Source: Planctomycetota bacterium
GTDB taxonomy: Bacteria > Planctomycetota > B15-G4 > JADJEK01
Direction of reading: 5' to 3'
DNA: 64,000 nucleotides
NCBI GenBank assembly: GCA_044225365.1
Contig: JBGAIQ010000006.1
Location: 75,874 to 139,873 of the forward strand
In this document: in pieces, positions 27,684-38,275 of the stretch
Numbering within the stretch: position 1 is the first letter of the stretch
Layout of the letters: every line of letters starts with the position of its first letter
Position numbers and translations under genes: made by a program
Notes under the pieces: model-generated
The model's database searches: none
Seen by the model: the letters and a program-made list of their open reading frames with translations, nothing else
Told to the model about the DNA's origin: nothing

Positions 27684-28976
27684 ATGCCGAAGCTGCCCCT
27701 CACGTCCGCGTCAGGAATGAAACACGAAGCGTTTCGCGTCGCTGTGATCGGCGGCGGCCCCGCCGGCCTGATGGCGGCCACCGAACTGGGTCCGTCCTGC
27801 GCCCCGCAGAACGTCGCCATCGACCTCTACGAGTCGATGCCGTCGGTCGGTAGGAAACTCCTCGTCGCCGGAGTCGGAGGTCTGAACCTCACCCATTCCG
27901 AAGCCCTCGAGACGTTCGCTGCGCGCTACGGTGCCGAGGCCGAGCGGTTCGAACGCTTCCTGCGCATCTTCTCGCCGACCCATCTGCGGGAGTTCGCGGC
28001 GAGGCTCGGCGTCGAGACGATGATCGGAAGCTCCGGTCGCGTGTTCCCGGTTTCGTTGAAGGCCGCTCCGCTCCTGCGATCGTGGGTCCGCGAGATGAAG
28101 CGCCTCGGAATTCGCATCCATACGCGTCATCGGCTCGTCGATCTCGCGCCTGGCCCGCGGCTGACAATTCAACACGGCGACGCGCCTCCTTTCGTCGAAA
28201 CGCCCGACGCCGTCGTCCTCGCGCTCGGCGGAGCGACCTGGAGGCGGCTCGGATCGGATGGTTTGTGGACGCGCCTGCTCGCGAATCACGGCGTCGATCT
28301 CCGCCCTTTCCAGCCGTCGAATTGCGGTTTCGAGGTTGCATGGTCGCCGCACTTCAAGGATCGCTTCGAGGGCACGCCACTCAAGAACATCGCACTCGAA
28401 TTCGCCGGCAAGCGAGTGCCGGGCGAACTGGTGATCACGCGTTATGGCCTCGAGGGCGGTCCGCTCTACGCGCTCTCGAAGGAGCTCCGCAGCGCCATCG
28501 AGACGAGCGGATCGGCGCGTATAACGATCGACCTCAAACCGGCGTGGAGCGAAGGACAGATCCGCGAACGCCTCGAACTGCCACGGGGTGGACGCTCGGT
28601 CTCCGACCACCTCAGGAAGACCCTACGACAGGGCAACGTCGCGTTCCCGCTGCTCCGCGAGACCTCGCTCGCCGCCGATCTGAACGACTCGCGGCGCGCT
28701 GCGTCGCTCGTGAAGGCGCTTCCGCTCGTTCTGCGCGGCGTGCGCTCCCTCGACGAAGCGATCTCGAGCGCGGGCGGAGTCTCGTTCCTTGCGGTCGACG
28801 AGCACTTGATGCTGACGGCCCTGCCGGGATTCTTCGTCGCAGGCGAGATGCTCGACTACGAGCCACCGACCGGCGGGTACTTGCTGCAAGCGGCTTTCAC
28901 GACCGGGGTTGTCGCTAGCCGTGGGGTGGCGGACTGGCTGCGACGCCAACGATCGGCGGATCCGCCCCAGAATTGA
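27684..28976 (+). CDS. NAD(P)/FAD-dependent oxidoreductase, HI0933/BaiN-like flavoprotein (TIGR03862-type)
   Basis: The dinucleotide-binding motif is VAVIGGGPAGLMAA. GRKLLVAGVGGLNLTHS is the family signature. A C-terminal GE motif is present. The start is 27684 or 27717. Confidence 0.75.
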   Translation: MPKLPLTSASGMKHEAFRVAVIGGGPAGLMAATELGPSCAPQNVAIDLYESMPSVGRKLLVAGVGGLNLTHSEALETFAARYGAEAERFERFLRIFSPTHLREFAARLGVETMIGSSGRVFPVSLKAAPLLRSWVREMKRLGIRIHTRHRLVDLAPGPRLTIQHGDAPPFVETPDAVVLALGGATWRRLGSDGLWTRLLANHGVDLRPFQPSNCGFEVAWSPHFKDRFEGTPLKNIALEFAGKRVPGELVITRYGLEGGPLYALSKELRSAIETSGSARITIDLKPAWSEGQIRERLELPRGGRSVSDHLRKTLRQGNVAFPLLRETSLAADLNDSRRAASLVKALPLVLRGVRSLDEAISSAGGVSFLAVDEHLMLTALPGFFVAGEMLDYEPPTGGYLLQAAFTTGVVASRGVADWLRRQRSADPPQN

Positions 28977-29122
28977 GGCGAACAAAGTCAAATTCATCGA
29001 CAACAAGCATAATTTCTTTCACGGTTGACTCTGATTCGGTCGATTTTATTCTGTTTGAGCGATCTTGGATCTCAACGCCGAGATCTAGAGTCCACGCCAC
29101 CCCAAGAGCCAGGTCAACCGCC

Positions 29123-30562
29123 ATGTCTGACACACCCCTGCGCGACTTCCTCGAAATCCCCTACGACAAGCTCGAGGAGATGAACCTCGAGTCCAAGAAG
29201 GCCCGCGAGGACCGGGTCGACCCCGGCACCCTCGGCGAACAGCGCATGCGCTACCTCACCGACGAGAAGCGCATCAAGGCCGTCACGGTCTGTTTCACCG
29301 ACCTCGAAGGCCGCTTCCACATGCTCGACTACGACAAGAAGTTCTTGTTGAAGTCGCAGGACAACCTCACGTTCGATGGCAGTTCGATCCGCGGGTTCTC
29401 GCAGCAAGCCGAATCGGACCTGCGCCTCGGACTCGACTGGACGTCGTTCTACTGGCTGCCGTCCGACGTCTTCGGCCCGGGCAAAGTGCTGATCTTCGGC
29501 GACGTGCTCGGCCGCGACGGCGAGATCTACCCCTCCGACATGCGCGCCAAGCTGAAGTCGTACATGGCCGACCTCTACAAGAAGGAAGGCTACGTCTGCA
29601 ACGCGGCGAACGAGATCGAAGGGTTCTTGTTCAAGGGCCGTGACGCGGAGCGCAACTACCACGAGACGGGCAAGCTCGAGTTCCTGTCGACCGGTGGTTA
29701 CTACCACTCGCTGCCAGGTGACCCGCTCCGTCAGTTCATCGATTCGGTCGCCGAGACGCAGCGCGCGATGGGCTTCGCGAACGAGAAGGATCACGCCGAG
29801 GTGGCGCCCTCGCAGTTCGAGGTCAACTACAGCTACACCGAAGCGATCGGCGCCGCCGACCAGGTGCAGCTCTACAAGCTCGTCTGTCGCCAGATCGCGC
29901 ACAAGTACGACATGACGGCGAGCTTCCTCCCCAAGCCCGTCGCGGGCGTCAACGGCAACGGCATGCACACCAACATGTCGGTGTCGAAGAAGGGCAAGAA
30001 CATCTTCTGGGACAGCAAGGGCGAAGACATGCTGTCGGCCTTCGGCTGGGACTTCATCGATCGCATCCTGACGAGCGCGACCGATATCTGCCTCACGCTG
30101 AATCCGAGCGTCAACGCCTATCGCCGTCTCGACCCGCATTTCGAAGCGCCGAACCAGATCAAGGCGTCCGCGAACAATCGCGGCGCCATGGTCCGCATCC
30201 CGACGGGCAACGAGCGCAGCAAGCGCGTCGAAGTCCGCTCGGTGGCGCCCGACGCGAATCCGTACATGGTGATGTACACGCTGTTCAAGACGGGCCTCGA
30301 AGGCCCGAAGGATCCCGCCGAGGCCGAGGCGAAGCGCAGCCGCACGCGCTTCCTTCCGGACAACATCTATGACGCGATCCGCATGTTCAAGAGCAGCAAG
30401 TTCGCGAGCGAGTTGCTCGGCGAAGCGGTCCACGGAAAGTTCGCCGACGTGAAGATGATGCAGGCCGAACGCTGCCCGAAGTCGCTCGGCGCGCTCGTGA
30501 AGACCGCCGAGGTCCAGTTCCATCACGAGATCACGAACCAGCTCCTGTGGAGCAAGTTCTGA
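29123..30562 (+). CDS. glnA: glutamine synthetase family protein
   Basis: It has GS beta-grasp and catalytic domains, with motifs NGNGMHTNMS and NAYRRLDPHFEAP..ASANNRGAMVRIP. The start is at MSDTPLRDF. Confidence 0.85.
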   Translation: MSDTPLRDFLEIPYDKLEEMNLESKKAREDRVDPGTLGEQRMRYLTDEKRIKAVTVCFTDLEGRFHMLDYDKKFLLKSQDNLTFDGSSIRGFSQQAESDLRLGLDWTSFYWLPSDVFGPGKVLIFGDVLGRDGEIYPSDMRAKLKSYMADLYKKEGYVCNAANEIEGFLFKGRDAERNYHETGKLEFLSTGGYYHSLPGDPLRQFIDSVAETQRAMGFANEKDHAEVAPSQFEVNYSYTEAIGAADQVQLYKLVCRQIAHKYDMTASFLPKPVAGVNGNGMHTNMSVSKKGKNIFWDSKGEDMLSAFGWDFIDRILTSATDICLTLNPSVNAYRRLDPHFEAPNQIKASANNRGAMVRIPTGNERSKRVEVRSVAPDANPYMVMYTLFKTGLEGPKDPAEAEAKRSRTRFLPDNIYDAIRMFKSSKFASELLGEAVHGKFADVKMMQAERCPKSLGALVKTAEVQFHHEITNQLLWSKF

Positions 30563-30998
30563 CGTAACGTCCAGCGAGTGATCGAACAGAACGCGGTTGG
30601 CGGACGGGAGTCCGCTGACCGCGTTTCGTTTGCACTCCGCGCATTGCGGCGAGGATCGCCTGGCCGGGTGAATCCTGCCATCGAGCGCGGGTAGAATTCG
30701 GCCGTTCTTGATTCACGCCGAATGCCGGCACGACTGTGGCGCCGGCAACGGGGGACCCAACGCGAAGAACGCGATCGACGTGTGTCGATCGCGAGTTTCG
30801 CCGGGGCGAATCGACGATCGCGTCGACGGAGACTCCATGCTCCGAGCCCGTCAGCTAACCTCGTAGGCCGACGCTGGAGAACGATGCTGCGGCTCGTTGT
30901 ACCCTTCGATTCCTTCTCGCTCGCGTTCGCGAGCTCCTCACTCGGCGTTCCCTCCACGCGCGGCCGGTCGGCTTCCAACTCTTTGGGGGTCATCGGTC

Positions 30999-33002
30999 AT
31001 GTTCGATCTCGTCACGATTTCCATCCTCGTCGGCGCCCTGCTCGCACTCCTCGTGCTGCGCCTCACCATCCGCTACGTGCCGAACCAGATGGTCGGCATC
31101 GTCGAGAAACTCTGGAGCCTCCGCGGTTCGATCGAATCCGGACTCATCGCACTCGATGGCAAGGCCGGATTCCAACCCGTGGTGCTCCGCGGCGGCATTC
31201 ACTTCCTCGTGCCCTTCCAGTACGCGGTCCATCGCGTGCCGCTCGTCACGATCCCACAAGGCCAGATCGGGTACGTGTTCGCTCGCGACGGCCTCTCGCT
31301 CGAATCGACGCAGTCGCTCGCATCGAATGCGAAGGCGAGTGACTTCGAAGACGTCGCGGCCTTCCTGAAGGACGGAGGCCAGCGCGGACCCCAGCGCAAG
31401 CTGCTGCGCGAAGGCACGTACGCACTCAATCTCGCCCAGTTCGCGGTGATCACGGCCGACCGCGTCCACGTGCTCGCGCTCGATCGCACGGACACGGCGT
31501 TGTTCGAACGCATGCAACATCTGATCGCGGAGCGGGACGGCTTCCGCCCGATCGTGATTCGCGGCGCGGACGACAAGATCGGCATCGTCACCGTCCACGA
31601 CGGCCCACCGCTCGAGGCGGGCGAGATCATCGCGCCGGTCGTGGGCGACAGCTCGGGTCACGCGAAGGGCGGACACGACAACTTCCAGGATCCCGAAGCC
31701 TTCCTCCTCGCAGGCGGTCGTCGCGGCCGTCAGCTCCAGGTGCTCGTCGACGGCACGTGGTTCCTCAATCGCTTGTTCGCGACCGTCGAACTCGTCGAGA
31801 AGACGGTGGTCGAAGTCGGCTCGGTGGGCGTCGTCGTGTGGTACGCCGGCGCGACCGGACCGGACCTCTCGGGCGCCGACTACAAGCACGGCGAACTCGT
31901 CGCTCGCGGCGAGCGCGGCGTGTGGCGCGAGCCCTTGCTCCCTGGCAAGTACGCGTTCAACACCTGCGCCGGCCGCGTCATCTCCGTGCCGACGACGAAC
32001 TTCATCCTGAAGTGGATTCGCAGCGAGGCCGGAGCGCACCGCTTCGACGAGAACCTGAAGGAGGTCTCGCTCATCACGAAGGACGCCTTCGAGCCGTCGC
32101 TGCCGCTCTCCGTCGTCGTCCACATCGACTATCGCCAGGCGCCGCTCGTGATCCAACGATTCGGTGACGTGCGGCGACTCGTCGAGCAAACGATCGACCC
32201 GATGGTCTCCGCGTACTTCAAGAACGTAGGCCAGACGCGCACGCTCATCCAACTGCTGCAGGATCGCAGCGCGATCCAGGATCAGGCGAGCGCGGAGATG
32301 CAGACGAAGTTCCGCCACTACAACATCGAACTCGAGGAAGTCCTGATCGGCACGCCGACCTCGGTGAACGACTCCCGCATCGAGGAGATCCTCGCGCAGC
32401 TGCGCGCGAGGCAGATCGCGGAGGAGCAGATCGAGACCTACGTGCGCCAGCAGAAGGCCGCGGATCAGGAACGCGTGCTGCGCGAAGCCGAGTCACGAGC
32501 CCGCGAGCAGCAACGTCTCACGGAGTCCGAGATCGCGATCACGATCCGCGGCAACCAAGGCAAGGCGGAGTACCAGCGTGCGGTCGCGGAAGCGGCGCAG
32601 GTTCGGCTGCTCGCGGAGGCCAACGCGGAGCGTGAGGCGCGGATCGGCGTGGGCAAGGCGATCGCGGCCGAGGAACTCGTCCGCGCCTACGGTGGCCCGC
32701 GATTCCAGGTCACGCAGCAGGTGATGGACCGCTTCGCCCAGGCGATCGAGACCGCGCGCGTCGACGTGGTGCCGAAGATCGTCGTCGGCGGCAACGGGCG
32801 TGAGGGTGCAGGCGAGAGCCACGGCTCGGGCACGGGCTTGATCGAGACGCTCCTCACGCTGCTGTTGTCCGATCGCATGCTGCCCGACGCGATCTCCGCC
32901 GCGGAGACGCGATCGTCACCGATCGCCGAAGCGATGCGCGCGGACCTTCGCGCGAAAATCGCTCGGAACGGCGACGCATCACCGCAGCGTCCCGCGGCGT
33001 GA
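30999..33002 (+). CDS. flotillin-family SPFH/band-7 membrane protein (YqiK-like)
   Basis: It has an N-terminal TM segment (MFDLVTISILVGALLALLVL) and an SPFH domain. A long Ala/Glu/Arg/Gln-rich coiled-coil follows (AEEQIETYVRQQKAADQERVLREAESRAREQQRL). Confidence 0.8.
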   Translation: MFDLVTISILVGALLALLVLRLTIRYVPNQMVGIVEKLWSLRGSIESGLIALDGKAGFQPVVLRGGIHFLVPFQYAVHRVPLVTIPQGQIGYVFARDGLSLESTQSLASNAKASDFEDVAAFLKDGGQRGPQRKLLREGTYALNLAQFAVITADRVHVLALDRTDTALFERMQHLIAERDGFRPIVIRGADDKIGIVTVHDGPPLEAGEIIAPVVGDSSGHAKGGHDNFQDPEAFLLAGGRRGRQLQVLVDGTWFLNRLFATVELVEKTVVEVGSVGVVVWYAGATGPDLSGADYKHGELVARGERGVWREPLLPGKYAFNTCAGRVISVPTTNFILKWIRSEAGAHRFDENLKEVSLITKDAFEPSLPLSVVVHIDYRQAPLVIQRFGDVRRLVEQTIDPMVSAYFKNVGQTRTLIQLLQDRSAIQDQASAEMQTKFRHYNIELEEVLIGTPTSVNDSRIEEILAQLRARQIAEEQIETYVRQQKAADQERVLREAESRAREQQRLTESEIAITIRGNQGKAEYQRAVAEAAQVRLLAEANAEREARIGVGKAIAAEELVRAYGGPRFQVTQQVMDRFAQAIETARVDVVPKIVVGGNGREGAGESHGSGTGLIETLLTLLLSDRMLPDAISAAETRSSPIAEAMRADLRAKIARNGDASPQRPAA

Positions 33003-33136
33003 TGCCGTCTCGCTCGAGGAATCGCGTCGTGGATCGTGGCGCGAGTGCACGATCCACACGCGAGACCCTGATGTGAACGGACACGAAACCGCTAAGGTCG
33101 GGATGTCTGCTGCGATCGCGCCGGAGAACCCATCCT

Positions 33137-33439
33137 ATGGTCGCCTACCTCATCGTCGACGTCGATGTGAAAGACCCCGTTCGCTACGCCGAATACGTCC
33201 AGCAGGTGCCGCCGACGATCGCGAAGTACGGCGGCAAGTTCCTCGTCCGCGGCGGGAAGACCGAAGTGATCGAAGGAACGTGGCAGCCGAAGCGCGTCGT
33301 CGTGCTCGAGTTCGAGAGCGTCGCGCGCGCGAAGGAGTGGTACCACAGCGAAGAGTATCGCGGGCCACGGGACATCCGCTGGTCGGCCTCGACCGCGAAC
33401 TTGATCGTGGTGGAAGGCGTCGCCGCGCCGATCCTGTAG
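33137..33439 (+). CDS. DUF1330 domain protein
   Basis: It is 100 aa (MVAYLIVDVDVKDPVRYAEYVQQVPPTIAKYGGKFLVRGG...WQPKRVVVLEFESVARAKEWYHSEEYR) and matches the DUF1330 family pattern. Confidence 0.75.
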   Translation: MVAYLIVDVDVKDPVRYAEYVQQVPPTIAKYGGKFLVRGGKTEVIEGTWQPKRVVVLEFESVARAKEWYHSEEYRGPRDIRWSASTANLIVVEGVAAPIL

Positions 33440-33476
33440 CGGATCCCCGACGGCGCGGGCCGACGTCCATCGGACA

Positions 33477-34589
33477 TCACGCGTTCCTCGCCATCGTCGC
33501 GAGATTCCCGCAGGTGATCTTTGGATGCACCGCGGGCTCCTCGTTGCTCGCGGTCGCGACGACGACGTCGGGATCGATCCATCGCTGGTAGTACGTGACG
33601 ACCTTGCCGGTGTGGCCGGAATGCGCGTACTCGGTCATGCCGCCGTTGTTCGAAACCTCCCAACCGCAAGCGTAGTTGTTGAGGCCGACCGTGTAGTACT
33701 TCTTCTTCACCGCGTCGCTCAGCACCTTCGTTCCGCGCAGTGCGCGGTCCCATAGAAGCATGTCGGACACCGACGCGACGATCCCGCCCGCGCCGCGGTA
33801 GCCCCAGCTCAACTTGTCGCCGTACGCGAACCTCACGCCCTTGCCGCGGTCGTCGAGCGGCACCCGATCCATCGGCAGCTTGGGATCGCCGATGATGTAC
33901 GTGTCGCTCATCTCCGCGGGCTTGAAGACGTTCTCGTGAACGTAGTCCTCGTAGGACTTGCTCGACAGCTTTTCGATGAGAGCCGCGAGGAAGAAGTAGG
34001 CGGCGTTGCTGTACTCCCAGTTCGTGCCCGGCTCGTTCTTCACGGGACAAGCGAGGAACCATCGCATCAGCGCGTCGCGGTCATTCGCCTCCGTCTGCGA
34101 GAACTCCTTGCCGCCGTCCGACGTAATGCCGCTCGTGTGATTCATCAAGTGCCGCACGAGGACCTTCGCCTTGTCCTTCGGGCAGTCCTTCACGAATTTC
34201 GAGAGGGGCTGATCGATGTCGATCTTCTTCGCCATCTCGAGGCGCAGAATCGCGGCCGAGGTCCACTGCTTCGTGACCGAGCACCAGTCGAAGAGCGCGT
34301 CGGGACCGATCGGCTTCTTGTTCGGGGCGTTCGCGACCCCGTAGCCCTTCTGGAGCGCGATCTTTCCGTTCTTCGCGACGAGCACGACTCCGGAGTAGCC
34401 GTCCTTGTAGTTCTGCGCGCTCGATAGATGCTCGTCGAGCCGCTTGCCGAGTTCACCCTCGACGATCGGCTCGCCCACGCCCTTCTTCGTCTTGGCCTTG
34501 GGATCGCCGGCGAACGCCAAGCGAGGCGCCACGCAGGCCGACAGGATCGCTTGGAGCGCATCACGGCGCGAGATCGGAACCCATCGCAT
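33477..34589 (-). CDS. serine hydrolase (beta-lactamase/PBP-like family)
   Basis: It has a Tat-like signal (MRWVPISRRDALQAILSA) and an S-x-x-K motif (CSVTKQW). The start at 34589 was confirmed on the sequence. Confidence 0.8.
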   Translation of the reverse strand: MRWVPISRRDALQAILSACVAPRLAFAGDPKAKTKKGVGEPIVEGELGKRLDEHLSSAQNYKDGYSGVVLVAKNGKIALQKGYGVANAPNKKPIGPDALFDWCSVTKQWTSAAILRLEMAKKIDIDQPLSKFVKDCPKDKAKVLVRHLMNHTSGITSDGGKEFSQTEANDRDALMRWFLACPVKNEPGTNWEYSNAAYFFLAALIEKLSSKSYEDYVHENVFKPAEMSDTYIIGDPKLPMDRVPLDDRGKGVRFAYGDKLSWGYRGAGGIVASVSDMLLWDRALRGTKVLSDAVKKKYYTVGLNNYACGWEVSNNGGMTEYAHSGHTGKVVTYYQRWIDPDVVVATASNEEPAVHPKITCGNLATMARNA

Positions 34590-34597
34590 CGAGGACC

Positions 34598-37500
34598 TCA
34601 CTTCTTCGCCGGAAACTTCGGCATCAGGTAGTCCGGCGGATCGCAGGGCACGGGATCGACGAGGAGGCCCTCGATCGCATTCGCCTTCACGGTCACCGGC
34701 GAACTCGAGCGATACCACTTCCCATCGGCGATGAAGCGGATCTCGTAGGTCTCCGGGAAGACGTCGTCGAAGCGGAACGATCCGTCGTCGCCGACCGAAG
34801 CGTTCGGCCAGTAGTTCATGAGCGTGGGCTGCATGAAGAGCACCGCCGTCACGAGGCTGTCCTCGGCATGCGGGATCGCGGCGAGGTTCACCTTTCCACC
34901 GACATCGTTCACGGAGTACATGACGAGTTCGACGCGATTCGCGCCGCCATGCAGCACGACGCCGCGCTCGGTCGAGTTCCCCTCCTGCGAGAAGGATTGA
35001 ATGTCGTAGGTGCCCGTGAGCAGTCGCTCGAACGTGAACTCACCCGCGTCGTTCGTGTCCGTCAACTCCGAGGCTCGGCCACCGCACTCGAGCAGACCCA
35101 TCAGGTTCACCTTGCACTTGCGCGGCTTGCCATCGGGCGCCTTCACCGTTCCGGAGAGCTTCGCGCTTTGCAGGACGAAATCGGCTCGCATCTCGGGCTT
35201 CGTGACGTGGTCGAGGATTCGCGAGACGCGAAACGCCGGATCCTTCGAGTGCGCGTCGAGGCTGATCTGTCCGCGCTCCGACTTTGGCGCGACGAATCGA
35301 TCGATGCGGTACTTCCCCTGCGAATCCGTCTTCCACGAACGTCGCCCCGAGACGATTCCCTGTTCGAAGTTCTTCGCCTCGATAGAGCAATCCGCGACGG
35401 GCTGGCCGTCGAACGTGACGACGCCGGAAATGCTCATCGCCTCCTCGTCCGGCGCGGCGAAGTACGGGTCCTCTTCGTGGTAGACGAAGATCTTCCCGCC
35501 CTCGATCAGCGAGAATTGTGTGGAGCCCGCCCAGGTAATCGCGTGCGAGAGCACGTCGTTCATCGCCAAGAGCGCGGACTTGTCGACCTGGGCGATCTCA
35601 CTCGACAACGAGTAGTCCCCCGGAGCGAGGCCCTCGATCGAGAATGCGCCGCGGTCGTCGGTGTCGTAGAAGGCGACGACGGGCGAGGGTTTCCCCCGCC
35701 GAACGGAACTCTCGACGCGCAGGCGCCGCTTGCTCTCGACCGGCTTTCCGCCGTTCTGAACGATGCCTTCGACGCGAGTTCTCTGCGCTAGTCGAATCGT
35801 CCGCGAGGCGACGGATTCGTCGACCTCGATCGCTTCGACGTGGTCGCTGAACGAGGGATGCCGCACGACGACTTCGTACGCACCGATCGAGAGCGACTCG
35901 ATCCGGAAGCGGCCGTTCACATCCGAGGTCGTGCGGGCGAGCGCGAGCACCTCGGCGTGCGGGAGGTTCAGTTGCTCCGACAGCAGCGACTTGTCGTACT
36001 CGTTCGGCGTCTTCGAGCGGAGTTCGACTTCTGCGCCGAGGACGGGCTTCGCGTTCGCATCGACGACGATCGCGGAGAGGTCCACTCCTCGATCGAGCAC
36101 GATGTGAACGGGTTCGATCGTGGGATGATCCACGGACACGAGGACCGGAGCGGTTCCGTTCGATCGCACGCGCAGCAGCCAGGCGCCGCCCGGAAGATCG
36201 CGCGCGACGTAGCGGTGCGGGTGGGACGAATCCGAAGCGATCTCGAGCTTCCTCGGTTTCACGAGCTCCAACGCGAGGACTTCCCCTGTCGGATGACCGC
36301 GGAACGCGTCCACCCGCAGATCGGCGATGGCGGCTCCATCGCGGCGCTCGATGTCGAAGGTGGCCGGGACGCTCGTCGGAAGGACGATCACGGCCTCCCT
36401 TCCCACTCGCGCGGGCTTGCTCACGATCCAGGGATCGTCCGCCGACTTTCGCGCGGCGACGAGGAGTTCTCGATCGGGCAATCCGTCGCAAGCGAACGCG
36501 CCGTCGGCGCGGCTCGTACCCCCGGGGATCAGAGCGTGGTACGTGCGCTCCGCGGTCGACGTGGGGCCGACGATCCACTCCGCTCCCTCGATGCCTCGCC
36601 CTTTCTCGTCGACGATCCGCCCCGTGAGCCGATGACCGCGTCCCATCTTCAGGTCGCCGACGTCGTTTGCCTTCGTGCCGTCGACCTTCGTCTTCACTGC
36701 CGCGAGAAGGCCCGGCTTCGACGCGAGGATGCGGGTCCCGATCGCTTCGAGCCCGCGCACCGTGAACGTGCCATCCGCAGCGGTGATCGCGATCGGAAGT
36801 CGCAGGCTCGCGACGAGCGCCTTCACGGGTGGCGGGACATCGACGACGTCGTAGCCGATCGACTCACCTTCTTTGCGCTCGATCGCGAATCGCGTTTCGG
36901 GGGCGAGGAACTCCAATGCGACGCCCCACAGGATCGTGCCGAGCCCCTGGCCGTCGACCGCCGGCGGCAGTGCGACGACGCGCGCACCGGCGACGGGTTG
37001 GCCTTCTTCGTCGATGACGCGACCGCTCGCGCTTCCCCGCGCGACGAGACGGATGTCGCCGAGATCGACGACCTCCCCCGCCGCGGGCTCACGCTCGGTC
37101 GAGCGACTCACGAACCCGTCGTTTCCACCCTCGCACACGATCAAGTGACGAGCGAGCGTACGTAGTGGTGCAACCTCGAATCGACCCTTCGCGTCGCACG
37201 TCACCGTGACCTCGCGCATGCCGGCATCGTCGCCCGTGACGATCGTGGTCGGCGAGAGACGTCGATCGAATTCGAGTACCGTCACCGTCCCGAGTGGAAT
37301 CGCGTCGCCGCGCGCGTTCACGAGTCGGCCGCGATATCCACCACAGGTCGATGCCGCGGTGAATGCACTGACCTGCTCGAACTCGACGGATGCTCTTGCG
37401 CCGGCTCGATCCTCCTCGACGAGATCCCGCGTGGCGGTCGACGTGGCCGCGACGACGATCGGTGCATTCGAGTCCGGGCTCGAGCTCGGCAGTGGATTCG

Positions 37501-38215
37501 CCGCCACCCGTTCCCGCGCCGCGAGAGAACCTCCGTCGCGCATCTCGAATAGGATCCCGATCGCGACGACGAGAAGAGCCGCGGCTCCGATCAACAGAAT
37601 CTTCTTCATCATCAACGCTCCTTCCAGCGTGGCGACGAGAGACGAGGAAGTGGCGCCCTTCGAGAGGACAGGAAGCAGCGCGGCCCGCCAGTCCATGCCG
37701 CGGGCTCCGAACCGCCCTTCGAGCCGTTGGCGCAACTGCGCGAGCGCGCGCTGACTTCGACTTCGCACCGTCGATGCGCCGATCCCCAGCTTCTTCGAGA
37801 TCTCCGCGGGCGTCATCTCCTCGAGATAGAGCCAGATCACCGTCGATCGATACGGCTCCTCGAGCCGGAACACCGCTTCGAGCACGAGCCCGCGAATCGT
37901 CTCGCGTTCGAGAACGTCTTCCGGGGACGGCAGATCGCTCGCCCCGACGACGCGCCCTTCGTGAAAGCGACGGCGACCCTCCCTGCGCAAGCGCTCGCGC
38001 AGGAAGTTCCGAAACACGGTTCGCAGGAACGAGGGGAGAGCGGCTGCGTGACGTGGCGGATGAGACGCCACGCGCACGAGCGTTTCCTGAACGACCTCAT
38101 CCTGCTCGGCCGGATCGGAGAGCAACGCGCGCGCGAGCGAGCGCAGCTTCGACTCGTGCCGGAGAGCGAGGTCGAGCGCTTCTTCGGACCAGTTTCGTTC
38201 GCCGTCCATGATCAC
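34598..38215 (-). CDS. ECF sigma-70 domain fused to a TM helix and a large extracytoplasmic CarboxypepD_reg-repeat region
   Basis: The N-terminus has sigma region 2 (DEVVQETLVRVASHPPRHAAALPSFLRTVFRNFLRERLRR) and a region 4 HTH (EEMTPAEISKKLGIGASTVRSRSQRALAQLRQRL). A TM helix follows (MMKKILLIGAAALLVVAIGILF). About 1000 aa with many GxFxFxxLxxGxYxL beta-sandwich motifs come after that. It lies 60 bp downstream of a stand-alone ECF sigma gene. Confidence 0.7.
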   Translation of the reverse strand: MIMDGERNWSEEALDLALRHESKLRSLARALLSDPAEQDEVVQETLVRVASHPPRHAAALPSFLRTVFRNFLRERLRREGRRRFHEGRVVGASDLPSPEDVLERETIRGLVLEAVFRLEEPYRSTVIWLYLEEMTPAEISKKLGIGASTVRSRSQRALAQLRQRLEGRFGARGMDWRAALLPVLSKGATSSSLVATLEGALMMKKILLIGAAALLVVAIGILFEMRDGGSLAARERVAANPLPSSSPDSNAPIVVAATSTATRDLVEEDRAGARASVEFEQVSAFTAASTCGGYRGRLVNARGDAIPLGTVTVLEFDRRLSPTTIVTGDDAGMREVTVTCDAKGRFEVAPLRTLARHLIVCEGGNDGFVSRSTEREPAAGEVVDLGDIRLVARGSASGRVIDEEGQPVAGARVVALPPAVDGQGLGTILWGVALEFLAPETRFAIERKEGESIGYDVVDVPPPVKALVASLRLPIAITAADGTFTVRGLEAIGTRILASKPGLLAAVKTKVDGTKANDVGDLKMGRGHRLTGRIVDEKGRGIEGAEWIVGPTSTAERTYHALIPGGTSRADGAFACDGLPDRELLVAARKSADDPWIVSKPARVGREAVIVLPTSVPATFDIERRDGAAIADLRVDAFRGHPTGEVLALELVKPRKLEIASDSSHPHRYVARDLPGGAWLLRVRSNGTAPVLVSVDHPTIEPVHIVLDRGVDLSAIVVDANAKPVLGAEVELRSKTPNEYDKSLLSEQLNLPHAEVLALARTTSDVNGRFRIESLSIGAYEVVVRHPSFSDHVEAIEVDESVASRTIRLAQRTRVEGIVQNGGKPVESKRRLRVESSVRRGKPSPVVAFYDTDDRGAFSIEGLAPGDYSLSSEIAQVDKSALLAMNDVLSHAITWAGSTQFSLIEGGKIFVYHEEDPYFAAPDEEAMSISGVVTFDGQPVADCSIEAKNFEQGIVSGRRSWKTDSQGKYRIDRFVAPKSERGQISLDAHSKDPAFRVSRILDHVTKPEMRADFVLQSAKLSGTVKAPDGKPRKCKVNLMGLLECGGRASELTDTNDAGEFTFERLLTGTYDIQSFSQEGNSTERGVVLHGGANRVELVMYSVNDVGGKVNLAAIPHAEDSLVTAVLFMQPTLMNYWPNASVGDDGSFRFDDVFPETYEIRFIADGKWYRSSSPVTVKANAIEGLLVDPVPCDPPDYLMPKFPAKK

Positions 38216-38275
38216 GAAGGAAGACGCCGGCGCGGCGCGGCGCGTTGCAACAAAATGACGAGACGGTCGAACCGG